64,000 nucleotides of DNA from Fimicolochytrium jonesii (Eukaryota): assembly GCF_025526975.1 (NCBI RefSeq), contig NW_026515673.1, positions 1-64,000 of the forward strand. Direction: 5' to 3'. This document shows, piece by piece, positions 35,519 to 46,943 of this stretch (position 1 is the first letter of the stretch; each line of letters begins with the position of its first letter). The position numbers and the translations under genes were made by a program. The notes beneath the pieces are model-generated. The model was not told where the DNA came from. It did no database searches and was given only the letters and a program-made list of their open reading frames with translations.

Positions 35519-36439
35519 TTTTGCTGTTGGTTTGGTGTCGAAGGTTGAAGAGGGAGTGGAAGAGCGCAGAAGCTGCTTGCTTGCTTGTTGTTTGCTTGCT
35601 TGTTGTGTGTCTGGAATGAAAAAAACGAGACGGACCTGCTCAATTCCACCCCCAGCTTAAATAGACCAAAAATCCCTGCTCAACCCCCTGTAACTCGGAA
35701 GAGGAAAAAAGAGAGACAGCCATGCGCCAACAGCACATCACGTCCCCCCCCCCCCCCCCCCCCCCCCCATACGCACCCATGCATAAAGTGGCTCCGGCCT
35801 TGTCTCCTCTGCATCCCACACAAGTGGCACACAATGGACCCCCCCTTACTCACTGGGCGTCTCCGTCGCAACACAACCCCCCATTGCCCACTCACGCACG
35901 TCACGGCCTTGCAACTCCGTAACGGGTGACTTCGGAGTAATACCGCACGGGGGGTGAGTGGTGTAAGAGCGTATACGAAGCCGTGGATAAATGAATGTAC
36001 CGGGCGGAGGTGCCACTGTTGGGGTTAGAGAAGTGCATGGCAACCAAGTTCTTTCTTTGGGTCTTCTGTAACAGTTGGGGCGGTGGCGATGGGAAGTAGA
36101 AGAGCTGTGTGGGAGGAATAGCGTCCGAGAAGTGGCTGCAGTAAATTAATACGTACAGCGTTCAGGGACGACTCCTTGGAGGGTAATGCCGTTTTGGGTC
36201 TATGGAACGTTTGATGTTCTCATAAAGGACTGTCAGTTGAAGTGGCAGGGGCGCGACGGGAGTGAGCAGTGTCAAACACCCGTCACTCCTGGCGCTTAAT
36301 TAACGGGATGACGTACGCGCTGACCCATCCATCTCCACCTCGCGATCGTCTTATTCCAATGGAATGAATCTACACACAACGTCTGCGTAAAGGTGATGCT
36401 TTGGAAAAGTGTATTCCACAACTACCGCTCTAAACCCCC

Positions 36440-38845
36440 TCACCGACACGCCTCCCCAGCCCTCCATATCCGTCTCCTACGCGTCTTGCGTCGTCTACCT
36501 CCATGCACATGTGCGTGCATACTGCTACTACTAGCCCCGGTCTCAGTGGCACGTGTCGCTTCCCACCCTGCATCCCCCGGCCCCCTCCCGCTTTCCCTAC
36601 CCGTTCCACCACCACCCGCTTCTTCCTCCTCCTCATCCACACAGCTACACACTTCCTCCTCCTCCCCGCTCCTGTCCCCCCCATCATCGCCCTTATCATC
36701 ATCATCACTGCTAGAAGAACCAGAGGATTCCGAGTCGGTGTCGGTGACTGCAGCCGGGTCCCCGTCCCGCGACACGGCGACCGCGTCGAGGTGGCCGAGG
36801 ATGTCCCAGCAGTGGCGCCAGGGGGAGAGGCGGCGGCGGCCTGTTGGTGGTGCTGCCGGGGCTGTTGTTGAGGAGGATGATGATGCACCTGGCGGTGGGG
36901 GGTAACCGTTGATGGGGTCGCCTACGGATGCTACGCGTAGGCCTGGGGTGGTTGAGGGCGATAGTGCCGGGATCATTGTGGGTTGCGACGATTCGAGTCC
37001 GGTGGTATTCGAGGGAGCAGAGTCAGAGGAGGAGGAGGAAAGTTTGAGCTCCCCGTTAGCGTCCAGACGCTCGCTCAACATCTTATCCAGCTCATCCATC
37101 ATGCGCTGGACCATGGTGCTCGGGTTATCTTCATCGTCTTCAGCTCCCCCCATGCCCGCCTGTCCAGACCCAGTAGCATCCGCTCTCAAATGTCTATGGC
37201 GGTTGGGTCGTGGAAGCAGAGGAGCGTATATATGCGGGGACGCGCGCATGGGCGGCGGAGGCGGCGGGCGACGGTGGATCGAGAAGGTGCGAGACAGGGA
37301 ACTCGTGGGCGCCAAGTTGCTGTCTCCGTCTTCGTCGTCCGCGTGTGCAGATGCAGCCGGTGGTGAAGAGTACGTCAGCAGCCTATTCCTCGGTAAGGAC
37401 ATCACTCCCGCCCGTTCCGCCAGCGACAACCGTCTGAACGCGTCGGCACGGCCTCGTTGGCGACGGCGCCGTAAATCGTACTGGTTTCGCCCGGCGAGGT
37501 CGGATGGGAAGGGTCTGAAGTGTCTTGCGTAGTTCATGAACGATGGGAAGGATGGGAAGGTTGTTTGGGCGAGGACGTCGATGAGGGATTCGTCGAGCGT
37601 CCATCTGTTGCTCCTGCTGCGGTGGGCGTGCGCGTGGGAGCGGCGCCGGGTGCTTCGACTGAACAGGCCGCGACGGCGGTGGGGGAGGTATCGGCGGATG
37701 TTACGACGCGCGCGGTTTGAGTGCGGGGTTGGGGTATAGAATGCGTGTGATGCTGAGGGTGAGGATGTGAAGCCGTGCAGGTAGGAAGAGATGGCGGCGC
37801 GGGTGGAGGAGATCGGTTGCACGCCCTGAGCGAGGACGGAGGACGGGCCTGGCATTGAGAACTCGGAGGTGAGCACGCCGGCTAGGTCGATGTCCATGGG
37901 ATCCTCCTCATCCGAGTCGCCTGCGTTGAGGACATTTTCCAGCGCGTCGTCGGCTGCCCCTCCGTCGTCGTTTTCGGCTGGATCGTCGATACTCTCGATA
38001 TCATCCTCAATCTGACCATCGTCTTCGTCACTTTCGCTGTCGCTCTCGCTATCTTCAAATCCTTCCATTTCTTCCTCCTCCTCCGCGTCATCTACATCGT
38101 CAAGACCGGCCTCGCGCCTTTGCCTCAGCCTCTCTGGGTCATGACTACTGTCCTCATCCTCTTCCGAATGATGATCGCTGGCCCTAGCCCATTCGCGTAG
38201 ATTCTCGTCCGACGGAAGCGACACTCTCCTCACAACGATGCTAGCCTCATCGCGCATGCTACCCTCCTCATCGTTCAAACCAGCACCATCGTGGGAATTA
38301 GCAGCGGCATCAAAGGACCCGTCGACCAGCCAAGACCTCCAGTTTGCGCGCCGTGGCGTCAGCGGCTCTTGTCGTTGCTGTTGCTGCTGCGCGTCCAAGG
38401 GCGATCTTGATGACGACGCCGCAGGGTTCCTGTTGGGGCTGGTGGTCCCCCACCACCTCCGGTTATACGATAAGAAGTCGTTTGGGGCCGAGACGTATTC
38501 GAGGAGTGATGAGTACGCAGGTGGGCCCCACGCCACAGAAGACGCAGACGAGGAAGAGTGTGGGAACGCCCCAGCTGACGGCCTAGCCGACCCGCCTGCT
38601 GCCGTTCCTGGATCTGCAGTGGTGGAAGTAGGACGAGAGTTATTGCCAGTCCTGCTAGCGGCGGTGGTATTGTTGTTGGCCCCGTTGCGAGAGTGACTCC
38701 CAAAGATGCGGTCGTATGATTCGAGGTCGGTGAGGAAACGACGGAATGCGGCGTCTGGGGAGGAGTCTCGCGGGTTGTTGCTGCTGCGGCCGTTACTGTT
38801 TCTTCTGCCACCGCCCAGGCTTGAGGACGAAGCTACGGAGGGCAT
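36440..38845 (-). CDS. Hypothetical low-complexity, acidic/Arg-rich disordered protein (801 aa)
   Basis: 2.4-kb uninterrupted ORF divergent from the BAG gene; no domain recognised. Confidence 0.65.
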   Translation of the reverse strand: MPSVASSSSLGGGRRNSNGRSSNNPRDSSPDAAFRRFLTDLESYDRIFGSHSRNGANNNTTAASRTGNNSRPTSTTADPGTAAGGSARPSAGAFPHSSSSASSVAWGPPAYSSLLEYVSAPNDFLSYNRRWWGTTSPNRNPAASSSRSPLDAQQQQQRQEPLTPRRANWRSWLVDGSFDAAANSHDGAGLNDEEGSMRDEASIVVRRVSLPSDENLREWARASDHHSEEDEDSSHDPERLRQRREAGLDDVDDAEEEEEMEGFEDSESDSESDEDDGQIEDDIESIDDPAENDDGGAADDALENVLNAGDSDEEDPMDIDLAGVLTSEFSMPGPSSVLAQGVQPISSTRAAISSYLHGFTSSPSASHAFYTPTPHSNRARRNIRRYLPHRRRGLFSRSTRRRSHAHAHRSRSNRWTLDESLIDVLAQTTFPSFPSFMNYARHFRPFPSDLAGRNQYDLRRRRQRGRADAFRRLSLAERAGVMSLPRNRLLTYSSPPAASAHADDEDGDSNLAPTSSLSRTFSIHRRPPPPPPMRASPHIYAPLLPRPNRHRHLRADATGSGQAGMGGAEDDEDNPSTMVQRMMDELDKMLSERLDANGELKLSSSSSDSAPSNTTGLESSQPTMIPALSPSTTPGLRVASVGDPINGYPPPPGASSSSSTTAPAAPPTGRRRLSPWRHCWDILGHLDAVAVSRDGDPAAVTDTDSESSGSSSSDDDDKGDDGGDRSGEEEEVCSCVDEEEEEAGGGGTGRESGRGPGDAGWEATRATETGASSSSMHAHVHGGRRRKTRRRRIWRAGEACR

Positions 38846-39086
38846 CGCTCTGGGAGGCCTCCTGTGTGGGGTATGCTATGTGGGTGGTGTTTTGGCGTGT
38901 TGGACTGTCGTGGGCAGCTGTGTTGTTGGTTCTTGCGAGGACCCGAGGCCTCTTGTTCAGCTTCAACGGGCTCCACTCCTCACGCTTCGCCATTCTCCGC
39001 CCGACGTGATCTATATCCTGGATACATATTTAGACACACACCGCCTCGGAAGGTCCTCCTCCCTCTCCATCTCATCCTCACCCGCA

Positions 39087-40259
39087 ATGTCCGTCGTCGT
39101 CAACTGGAACGGCAACCGCTTCGACGTGCCCTTCCCCGAAGCTGTCTCCGCCGCTGCCCGCGAGGGAAACATCTCCAATCGCGACGCTTGGGCAAAGAAG
39201 GTCACGCTCGGTGACTTGCTCGCAAAATGCTCGCAGGGGAGCAAGGTGCCCATCTCGAGCATCAAGCTCCTGCACTCTGGATGTAAGTTACAGCTTAGGT
39301 ATAACCTTTGCTGGAAGCGCTGAGCCGGTTTTGGGCAGAGGTTTTGTGGCGGACATACTGGTTTCGCATCCGGAGGGCGATCTCGGTTTTCTGTCTTTAA
39401 CAAGTCTGATTGATATCTTTCTTCCTTTCCCCTCCCCATAGCTGTCATGAAAGACCCCAACATGTCCCTGGCCCAGTATGGGATCCGTACCGGCTCCAAG
39501 ATCATGATGATCGGGGATAACTCCGTAAGTTCGGCAAACCGCATATCTTACAATCTTAGTCTCACTCCGTGCATGGGCCAACGATCAATGATTTCATCCT
39601 TATAGGCGCCCTTACGTCCCCCGCCTGAAGCCCACCACCGTCCTACTTCCGGAACCCGCGGCGGGCACGGCGGCCATGCTCCCCAAAATCATCAACACTC
39701 GCACGCTCAGCAACCTGCCCACGGCGGAGGAGGTACTCGCCAACCTCAACCCCAATCCCGCCAACCGCCGACTCCCCAGCCACCCAGCACCAGCTCCCCG
39801 GCCCCGTCTTCACGCTCCGGAACACCGCAACAAGATCAGAACAAACCCCCAGCAGTCGACATGAAAAACGAAGACAGCGTCGTGAACCTCATCGACTTCC
39901 ACATGGACTACATCACAACCACCGTGATGCCCATCGTCGAGGAGTATGTCGCGAAAGCTACCGAATACCTCGAGACGGGCGATATCACCACCACGGATAC
40001 GGCCTCGCGGCCCGCGTCCGCCGAATCCGGCACCACACCTAATGCGCCTAAGAAATTGGCGGATTTGCACGCTAAAGCCGCGGAATTGCTCTTGCAGCGA
40101 TTGCTGAAGATCGATGCTGTTGAGCTGGAACCTGGGTTTGACAGGGCCCGTTCGCGGAGGAGGGAGGCTGTGCGGTTTGTGCAGGGGCAACTCGATAAGA
40201 TTGATGGGATTAAGGAGCGCGTCAAGGCTGCGGTTGCTAGCAAGAAGGGGTTATTGTAG
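39087..40259 (+). CDS. Ubiquitin-like + BAG domain co-chaperone (BAG1/Bag101-like), spliced
   Basis: UBL: VVVNWNGNRF..TLGDL..IKLLHSG|VMKDPNMSLAQYGIRTGSKIMMIG. BAG: ELLLQRLLKIDAVE...ARSRRREAVRFVQGQLDKID. Confidence 0.85.
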
Positions 40260-40522
40260 ATGAGATTCCGCATATGGAGGCCAGCTCATCTTTTGTGAGG
40301 CAAGTCGGCGGAAGAAGACACGCTGATGTCCATGGAGGAAGGGCTTCGATAGGATTATTCGAAGAAGATCAATCCACGCCGACGATTGTGGAAGGTTAAG
40401 AAATATAAATAAGTATAGATGGGAATCGCCGATTGAAAATATGCCGTCCGAAATAAATAGACGTAGTTACGCCCCACATGTCTGTGTCCACTTGACCACC
40501 TCACCGACCACAACCCCCCCCA

Positions 40523-43500
40523 TCAGTCCCTTCTCAAAATCCTCTCCAACTCCTCATCATCCTCCAATATCCCCATCCCACACCCCATTTTCCCACTACC
40601 ATCCTGCGTCGCCGCTTCACCACCCGTCGTGGGGAGGGTAGCCGTCGCATCCAACGAGAGTCCCGAGGATGATGATGAGGATGAGGAGGACGCGTGGATC
40701 GCAGAACATTCGGCAGCGAGCAAAGCTGCCAATTCCTCGTTTTGGATTTTCTGGCGAGACTTGTAATCTGCGTGGCGGCCTTTAAAGAGTCCTACGTGAG
40801 TTTGAAGGCGGGGGGTGGGGGGGGGGGGGGCCGTGGTCAGTAAAACAAGTCCCAGGGTGTGATGATGTGTCGGGGGCGGGGAGAAAACGGCCTGGGACAG
40901 CACGCCTCCAGCGCCTGTTCCCCCGTCCCCGGCTGCAAACTGTCACTCACCCCGATGCACAACCACCTCGCCCAACCGCCTCTTCCCCTCCGCCAGCCCG
41001 CGCACGCGTTCCTCAATCGTCCCCTGCGCGACCAACCGATACACAACCACACTCTTCGTCTGCCCGATCCGATGCACGCGGTCCTGCGCCTGCAGGTCCA
41101 TCTGCGGGTTCCAGTCCGAGTCGAAGATGATGACCGTGTCGGCTGAGGTCACGTTGATCCCGAGGCCGCCGGCGCGGGTTGTGAGGAGGAAGAGGGGGAT
41201 CGATGGGTGGGATTCGAAACGGGTGATCTGCGTGTGCAGGGGGAGGCTTGTTAACATCGAGATGACAATGTCTGCGGTGGGGGGGGAGGGAGGGGGGGGC
41301 TTTGCATTTAACGGGCAGATAACATATCCAATCACACAATTACCTCATCCCTCCGCAAAAGCACATCCGTGGCCCCATCCAGCCGACAATACTCCCACCC
41401 CATGACCTCCTCACACCACCGTCCGACGAGATCCAGCACGCGGGTCATCTGGCTGAACAGCAGCACACGGTGGCCGCGCTCAAAGAGGTTCGGGAGCAGC
41501 TTGTGCAGGATCAGCATCTTGCCGGAGGTGGAGACGATGCCCGGGGGGGTTGTGGGGAGGGATCTAGGCGGGATTGCGGTTTTGTCACCGGTGGTGGAAT
41601 GTGGACTAGGCGTGGCATACGGCGGTTGGGGATCGAGCGCGACGTCGAGGTTGAAGAGGTACGGGTGGTTGCAGATTTTGCGAAGCTGGACGACGGGGGA
41701 TTGCAGGTTTTGGGCTCGGAGAGCGATGTCTGTGCCGAAATCCAGAAAAAGAAGTTGCGGCCCCATTCAATACCGTCCGGGATTTCCCAGCTCTCACACC
41801 CAGCTCACAACACACAGACAGACAGACACACACACACGAAACGTACCAACAACCCGATCCTTATCCCCATCCCTGCCATTCGGCACACCCACCACCACAC
41901 CCCGCTCTTTTTCCTCTCTCTCCTCTTCCCCATCCTCATCTTCCTCCCCTTCCCCTTCCCCCTCACTATCACTCTCCACCTCCCCCTCCAACCCATCTTC
42001 AATCAACTCCCTATAACTCCCCCTCACCACCCGTTTCCTCTTCCCAATTCCCACAGGCGCCGCGGTGATATCTTTTCCTGACCCGAGGAGAATGGCTTTG
42101 ATGGTTTCGCGCAGCTCGCCTTTGAGTGTTGCGGCATAGAGTCGTTTCTGGAGGGGGGTTAGGGGGGCGTGGAGGATGTATTCGCGTTTGGGGGGGAGGG
42201 AGAGTTCGACTGGCGGAGATGAGGGGCGGTGAGGGAGGGTTTGACACACACAGACACGCACGTTGATTGTTTTTTTTCGTTTACCTTCAGTTTTGATCCT
42301 ACGCAAAAGGAACGGTTTCAGAATCTCGTGCAGCTGCGTGACAAACTCCGTCTCGAGCTGCCGCTGCAGGATCTCCTTTTGCGTTACGGAGGTTGTGAGT
42401 TGCGTCATGTCGTCGCCAAAGTCGAAGCTGGGGGGATGAAAAAGTCGGCGTGTAAATGCCAGATTTCTCTATGTTCTGAGACAACGAGTTAAAGTGGGAA
42501 GGCCTTTACCATTGCTCGAAAGCAGACCGATCAGAAAAGATATCCGGCTGTACGAAATTGAGCAATGACCAGAGTTCGCTTAGGTTGTTCTGCAAAAAGT
42601 GTCATAATCAGTCCCTTTCAGACCCTCGCTTTACAGACTCCCGATCCCACCCCGTATTACACACCTGTATAGGCGTCCCCGTCAACAACAACCGATTCGC
42701 GCTCCGATAACTCTTCAACTCCCTAATCAGCTTACAATCCAGGTTCTTCAGCCGATGTCCTTCGTCCACAATCACATACACCCATTTGAGCAGCTGGAGG
42801 TGGTTCTTGTCCCGCATGCAGATCTCGTAGGTTGTTACGATGATGGGAAAGGGTGTGGTGGAGCTGGGGGAGAGGCGGTTGCGCCGGAGGTAGTCGCGCT
42901 CTTCTTTGGGGCCGTGGTAGAGGAGGACGGGGATCGTTGGAGCGAATCTGGATAGCAACCATCATCATTTGGACTTGGGGGCTCGTATTTCTTTTCTTCT
43001 TGAAGGGTTTGAACGGGGCATACCTTTCAAACTCGCTCACCCAGTTAACCAGCGTCGACAACGGCACCACGATCAAAAACGGGCCGCGGGTGCCAACCTC
43101 CCACAGATGCGCCAGGAACGCAATCACCTGCAGCGTCTTGCCCAATCCCATCTCGTCCGCCAAAATCCCGTTCAGGCCGTTCTCGTACAGGCTGATCAGC
43201 CACTCCATGCCGACGAGCTGGTACTCGCGCATTTCACCGCCGGTGACGAGGGTGGGTTGCCGTGTTGTGCGGGGAGGTGGGAGCGGTTCGGGGGCGGGGG
43301 TGGGAGGCGGGTTGAGTGGTTTTTGGCGTTTGGATGATGTCGTCCGCTGTGGACGGAAGTTTGAGCTGACCTCAACCATTGAGCTTTCCTCGGCAAAATG
43401 AAAAGTCCTACACTCACGGTCTCAGCAGCAGCCTTCCGCTTCCCCCGTCGTCCGCCCCTGTCTTTCCGCACCATCACCCTCGCAGGCGGCTCGATGTCTC

Positions 43501-43860
43501 CATCCATATCCTCCTCCACCAAAGCCTTGGCCCCAACGTCGTCTGCTCCACCACCCACCTCGACATCGCCACCTCCATCGCCACCCTCACCCAAAATACA
43601 AAAGCCGTTCCTCAACTCCTCCTGCCGCTTCTCCAAGTCACGGGCGAGGAAGGTGGAATACAGGTTGGCTCGTTTCAGTAGGATATCGATACGGGCTTTG
43701 TGATGCGGGAGGAGAAGGTCGGCGCCTGCGGGGCCTTCTTTACCGTTCTAGTTGGGGGCAGCCACCCAATAGGGCTATTGAGCTGGGTTCCTTCTATTTC
43801 TCCTGCATGGGGATGAGGACTTACGATGAACGCGTCGCCATCGGCACCGGCACCCAGCAT
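40523..43860 (-). CDS. SNF2-family chromatin remodeller, HELLS/LSH/DDM1/Irc5 subfamily, multi-exon
   Basis: [103 protein letters not shown]. Confidence 0.9.
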
Positions 43861-45185
43861 ATCGAAGGTGTGCGGAGATCGATCGGAAAAGGGGACTAAA
43901 CTTCAACCAGGGGCCTAAACCGGTCCGACCGACAGAGGACAAGCGACAACGGCCTACAGATTTGCGTCAATACACAACAGCGAGGGCCATTCGTTCTGCA
44001 GAAGCAGCTGGACCTTGGACCTTTCGCACTTGCACCCTGCTCAGACAGGCGGGCACACCTTTTTGTAGCCCTTCTGTACCACCATTTCACACTCCCCAGC
44101 ATTCACTCCCTGACATTCACGATTTTTTGACACCTCGACCAGAGCGACGGCATGCTCTCAGACAGACTGACAGCAAAGGCGATTATCACCAGAGACATTC
44201 CCGTTTCTCTGGACATTTGCTCAAAAGTCATTTTCAGTCCTTGCGGCGGGTCAGACAACTAACTCTCTCGAAGCTGTCGCCGTAATTAATCTAGATCGAG
44301 CGCCGAAACCCCACGCTCTCGATTCTCTCAGACAGGAAAGAAGGAAAATATCGGAGTCTCTAATAGAAAGCACGCATCTGATCTCTCGACCAATCGATAC
44401 CTCCTTCAGAAAAGACTGCCTATTTGCTCGCAGGCGGCATGGAAGCAGCTGACCCCTGTAGGATGGAGGGTCCCCGCATGAAAGCTACGCCTTTGGTAAT
44501 ATTGATTAATAGTATTTATAGTATGTGGGTTATAGTGATTCAATGTATATGAATACAGAATAACTTGCCGGTTAACCGTCGGATGCCAGCGACCGCTCCC
44601 TTTTATAAAGGATTTCGCAAAAGTCTGTGCAACATCAGATGTGGCGGAGAGTGGCTTGCGCGCCACGCCTCCCGTACAGTACTGTACTTTAACGTACGCT
44701 ACAGTCACTCCTCGGAAATAAATCAGCGACTGCGGCAAAGCCAAATTCACGTGAGTTATCGACATTGATTTCAATAGAGGGGGCGCCCATCTCTCGGGGT
44801 TCTTTTTCCAAAACTCAGGATCCAATCATCTGGGCTCTCTGCTTATGGGAAATACTATTACGGAGCTGTTTTTGATCAACAACGAATAATACAATTCTGT
44901 CTCTCTGCTGCTCTCTCCGCTGCGACGGATCCATGTAGCACCATCCCAAACAAAAGATCGCGCAAGCAATAAACAAGTCTATTCCTATATGTCTAGAGAG
45001 GAGACTAGTCTACCCTTCCTCGCGCAACGGGATTCTACACTATGCAATAGGTAAAGAAGCTCAGAAATTCACACCTACGACCCCGATGCATGTCCCGATG
45101 CTTGTCCCCTCCTGCTCCTTGCAAAGCTGTCCGCGCTCGTGATAAGTCCCTCGTTCGTTCGTCATTCGGCTCCCGTTCTCGTTAC

Positions 45186-45388
45186 TACAGTAGGATGCCA
45201 AAACGGACGTTACGACGGGCGCGTCGAAATTGACGGCATTTGGGCTACTACCTAGGTTAGTAGTCGCGGCTGGCCGGCCCCCGGTCAACCACGCAATGGC
45301 TAGACGGCAGCCGGTGACTTCTGCTGGTCACAAAGATTTATTGACCGCGTCCATGCCGTCGTAACGTCCGTTTTGGCATCCTACTGTA
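45186..45388. mobile_element. MITE (Tc1/mariner/pogo-type), 31-bp perfect TIRs, TA target-site duplication
   Basis: TA|CAGTAGGATGCCAAAACGGACGTTACGACGG ... CCGTCGTAACGTCCGTTTTGGCATCCTACTG|TA. Confidence 0.88.
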
Positions 45389-45475
45389 ATACTGTTAAGG
45401 CTTCCAAAACAATCATCAATAAATGAATCCGTTGATCCAGCATGTAGGACCCACCTGTTCAGAGGCTATACCCCT

Positions 45476-46240
45476 TCATGTGGTGGGACATTCTCCTCGT
45501 CTCCCTCGGCAAGAATCTTCTTTCGGTTCGTGGCCATCGTTTCTTGCCCCCCCACTTTCGAGTTCCTCGAGTGCCTCGCGCTTCTTCGCAAACCACTTCA
45601 ACACCTTGTAGTCCTGCATCCCTGTCTCCCGCGATATCGGCTCAGGCTGTTCACGGGTTGGCAGCTGTGTTTCCATGAATAGCGTCTCCAGGGCCTCATC
45701 GTGCTTTTGTTTCTGGCTTTTCTCTTTGACTTTGACTTTGGCTTTCTTGGTAGGGCGAGGGGCCTTGGTTGGAGGGGCTCTCCAAACTTTCTTAGCCTCG
45801 TCGAGACCCTTTGCGACAGCCAGCCATCTCTCGCACTTCTCGTCGTCCAGCCCATGCGCACGGATCAAATGGTACTTCAAGTCTCCCCAAGTTCGCATGC
45901 GGTTTCTCGCATTGCACCTTTGTCCGCGTACCCGTTGCACAGTTTCGTGTTCCGCGTCATCATCGACCAGTACGCGGCAAATGAACGGTTCAACATCCTT
46001 ACTCGTGTCATTTGCGTCTCCACTGCCGCCAACGGGGGTGTCCATGCTCGAGATGGTGTTTGAGAAGGTCCGGGCTTTCATAGGAGATGTTGCAGCCATG
46101 GTGGGGGGAGGGGTGCAGTTTGGCGGAGCCGATGACGGGTGTACCGGGTGTTGGGAGCAAATGATCGGGTAGGGCATGCGCTCGGATGCATTCGGTGATA
46201 GCTTCTTTCGTACGACCTCCCCCTCAACGCTGCAGCCCAT
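45476..46240 (-). CDS. Divergent homeodomain protein with upstream atypical C2H2-like finger (likely element cargo)
   Basis: LETLFMETQLPTREQ..ISRETGM..YKVLKWFAKKR fits the homeodomain helix pattern (L..F...P......G....V..WF..R). Upstream FIC...C...DLKYHLIRAH. True start uncertain. Confidence 0.6.
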   Translation of the reverse strand: MGCSVEGEVVRKKLSPNASERMPYPIICSQHPVHPSSAPPNCTPPPTMAATSPMKARTFSNTISSMDTPVGGSGDANDTSKDVEPFICRVLVDDDAEHETVQRVRGQRCNARNRMRTWGDLKYHLIRAHGLDDEKCERWLAVAKGLDEAKKVWRAPPTKAPRPTKKAKVKVKEKSQKQKHDEALETLFMETQLPTREQPEPISRETGMQDYKVLKWFAKKREALEELESGGARNDGHEPKEDSCRGRRGECPTT

Positions 46241-46751
46241 TCTTGTATATCAACATGGGAGAGTGCGGCCGCCACGTCACCCCGTTGCTTCTGCATGCCG
46301 AGAAAAGAGTTGACCCCAACCAACGCCACCCGCAAATTACCCCTCCGTGTGGCCGTAGGAAATAAGACGGTTGTCAGCAATAATGTGGCAATCGCCGATG
46401 CGGTCGAAATTGAGCGACCATGGCAATCCCCCCCCTCCACGCTCCCAGCACGTTCGTGATTGCACAACGGTATCGACTGTTTACGGCAAGCGTGATGTAG
46501 TGCGATACACTCGCCCCTTCCCCCAACCGATGAAGGCGGGCGTCTTAATCCATTTGCTCTTACCTTCAGATGTCTAACACCACACCACACCGAAGCCCTT
46601 GTAGGACAGGACCCTGAAAGGAAATGTTCAACCTTTCACCTTTGAATGTGAACCTCCCGCCGACTTTGCAGATCTCTTCAGTCAGTGGTGATGCAAGCAG
46701 CGAGTTGGGAAGCTCGACGAAGATCGTGGGAAAATATCGTATCGACGGCTT

Positions 46752-46943
46752 CCTGGGAAAATATCGTATCGCCATGGCCATTGGAAGTAAAACATACAGG
46801 GGTTGCGGGGGAAAAAAAGCGCGGCACTTTGACGGCGCTTTGACGGCGCCCCTCCAAGACAGCCACCTAGGCACACACCTTTGGCGGCGGGCGGTATATG
46901 TTGCAAACGAGGGGAACGATCCGCTATCGGCGCGTAGGCTCCT
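46752..46943 (+). repeat. Second copy of the recombinase-upstream segment (inverted relative to 54262-54416; its 3' flank directly repeats 54414-54446)
   Basis: 46752-46924 matches the reverse complement of 54262-54416 apart from a few indels. 46910-46943 AGGGGAACGATCCGCTATCGGCGCGTAGGCTCCT matches 54414-54446 in direct orientation. Confidence 0.92.

Noticed and set aside
44699..44722. TACAGTCACTCCTCGGAAATA as a mariner TIR
   Set aside because: No partner inverted repeat found nearby.
40523..45400. Functional link between HELLS/DDM1 and the adjacent element
   Set aside because: Adjacency only; HELLS looks like an ordinary host gene and nothing places it within the element.
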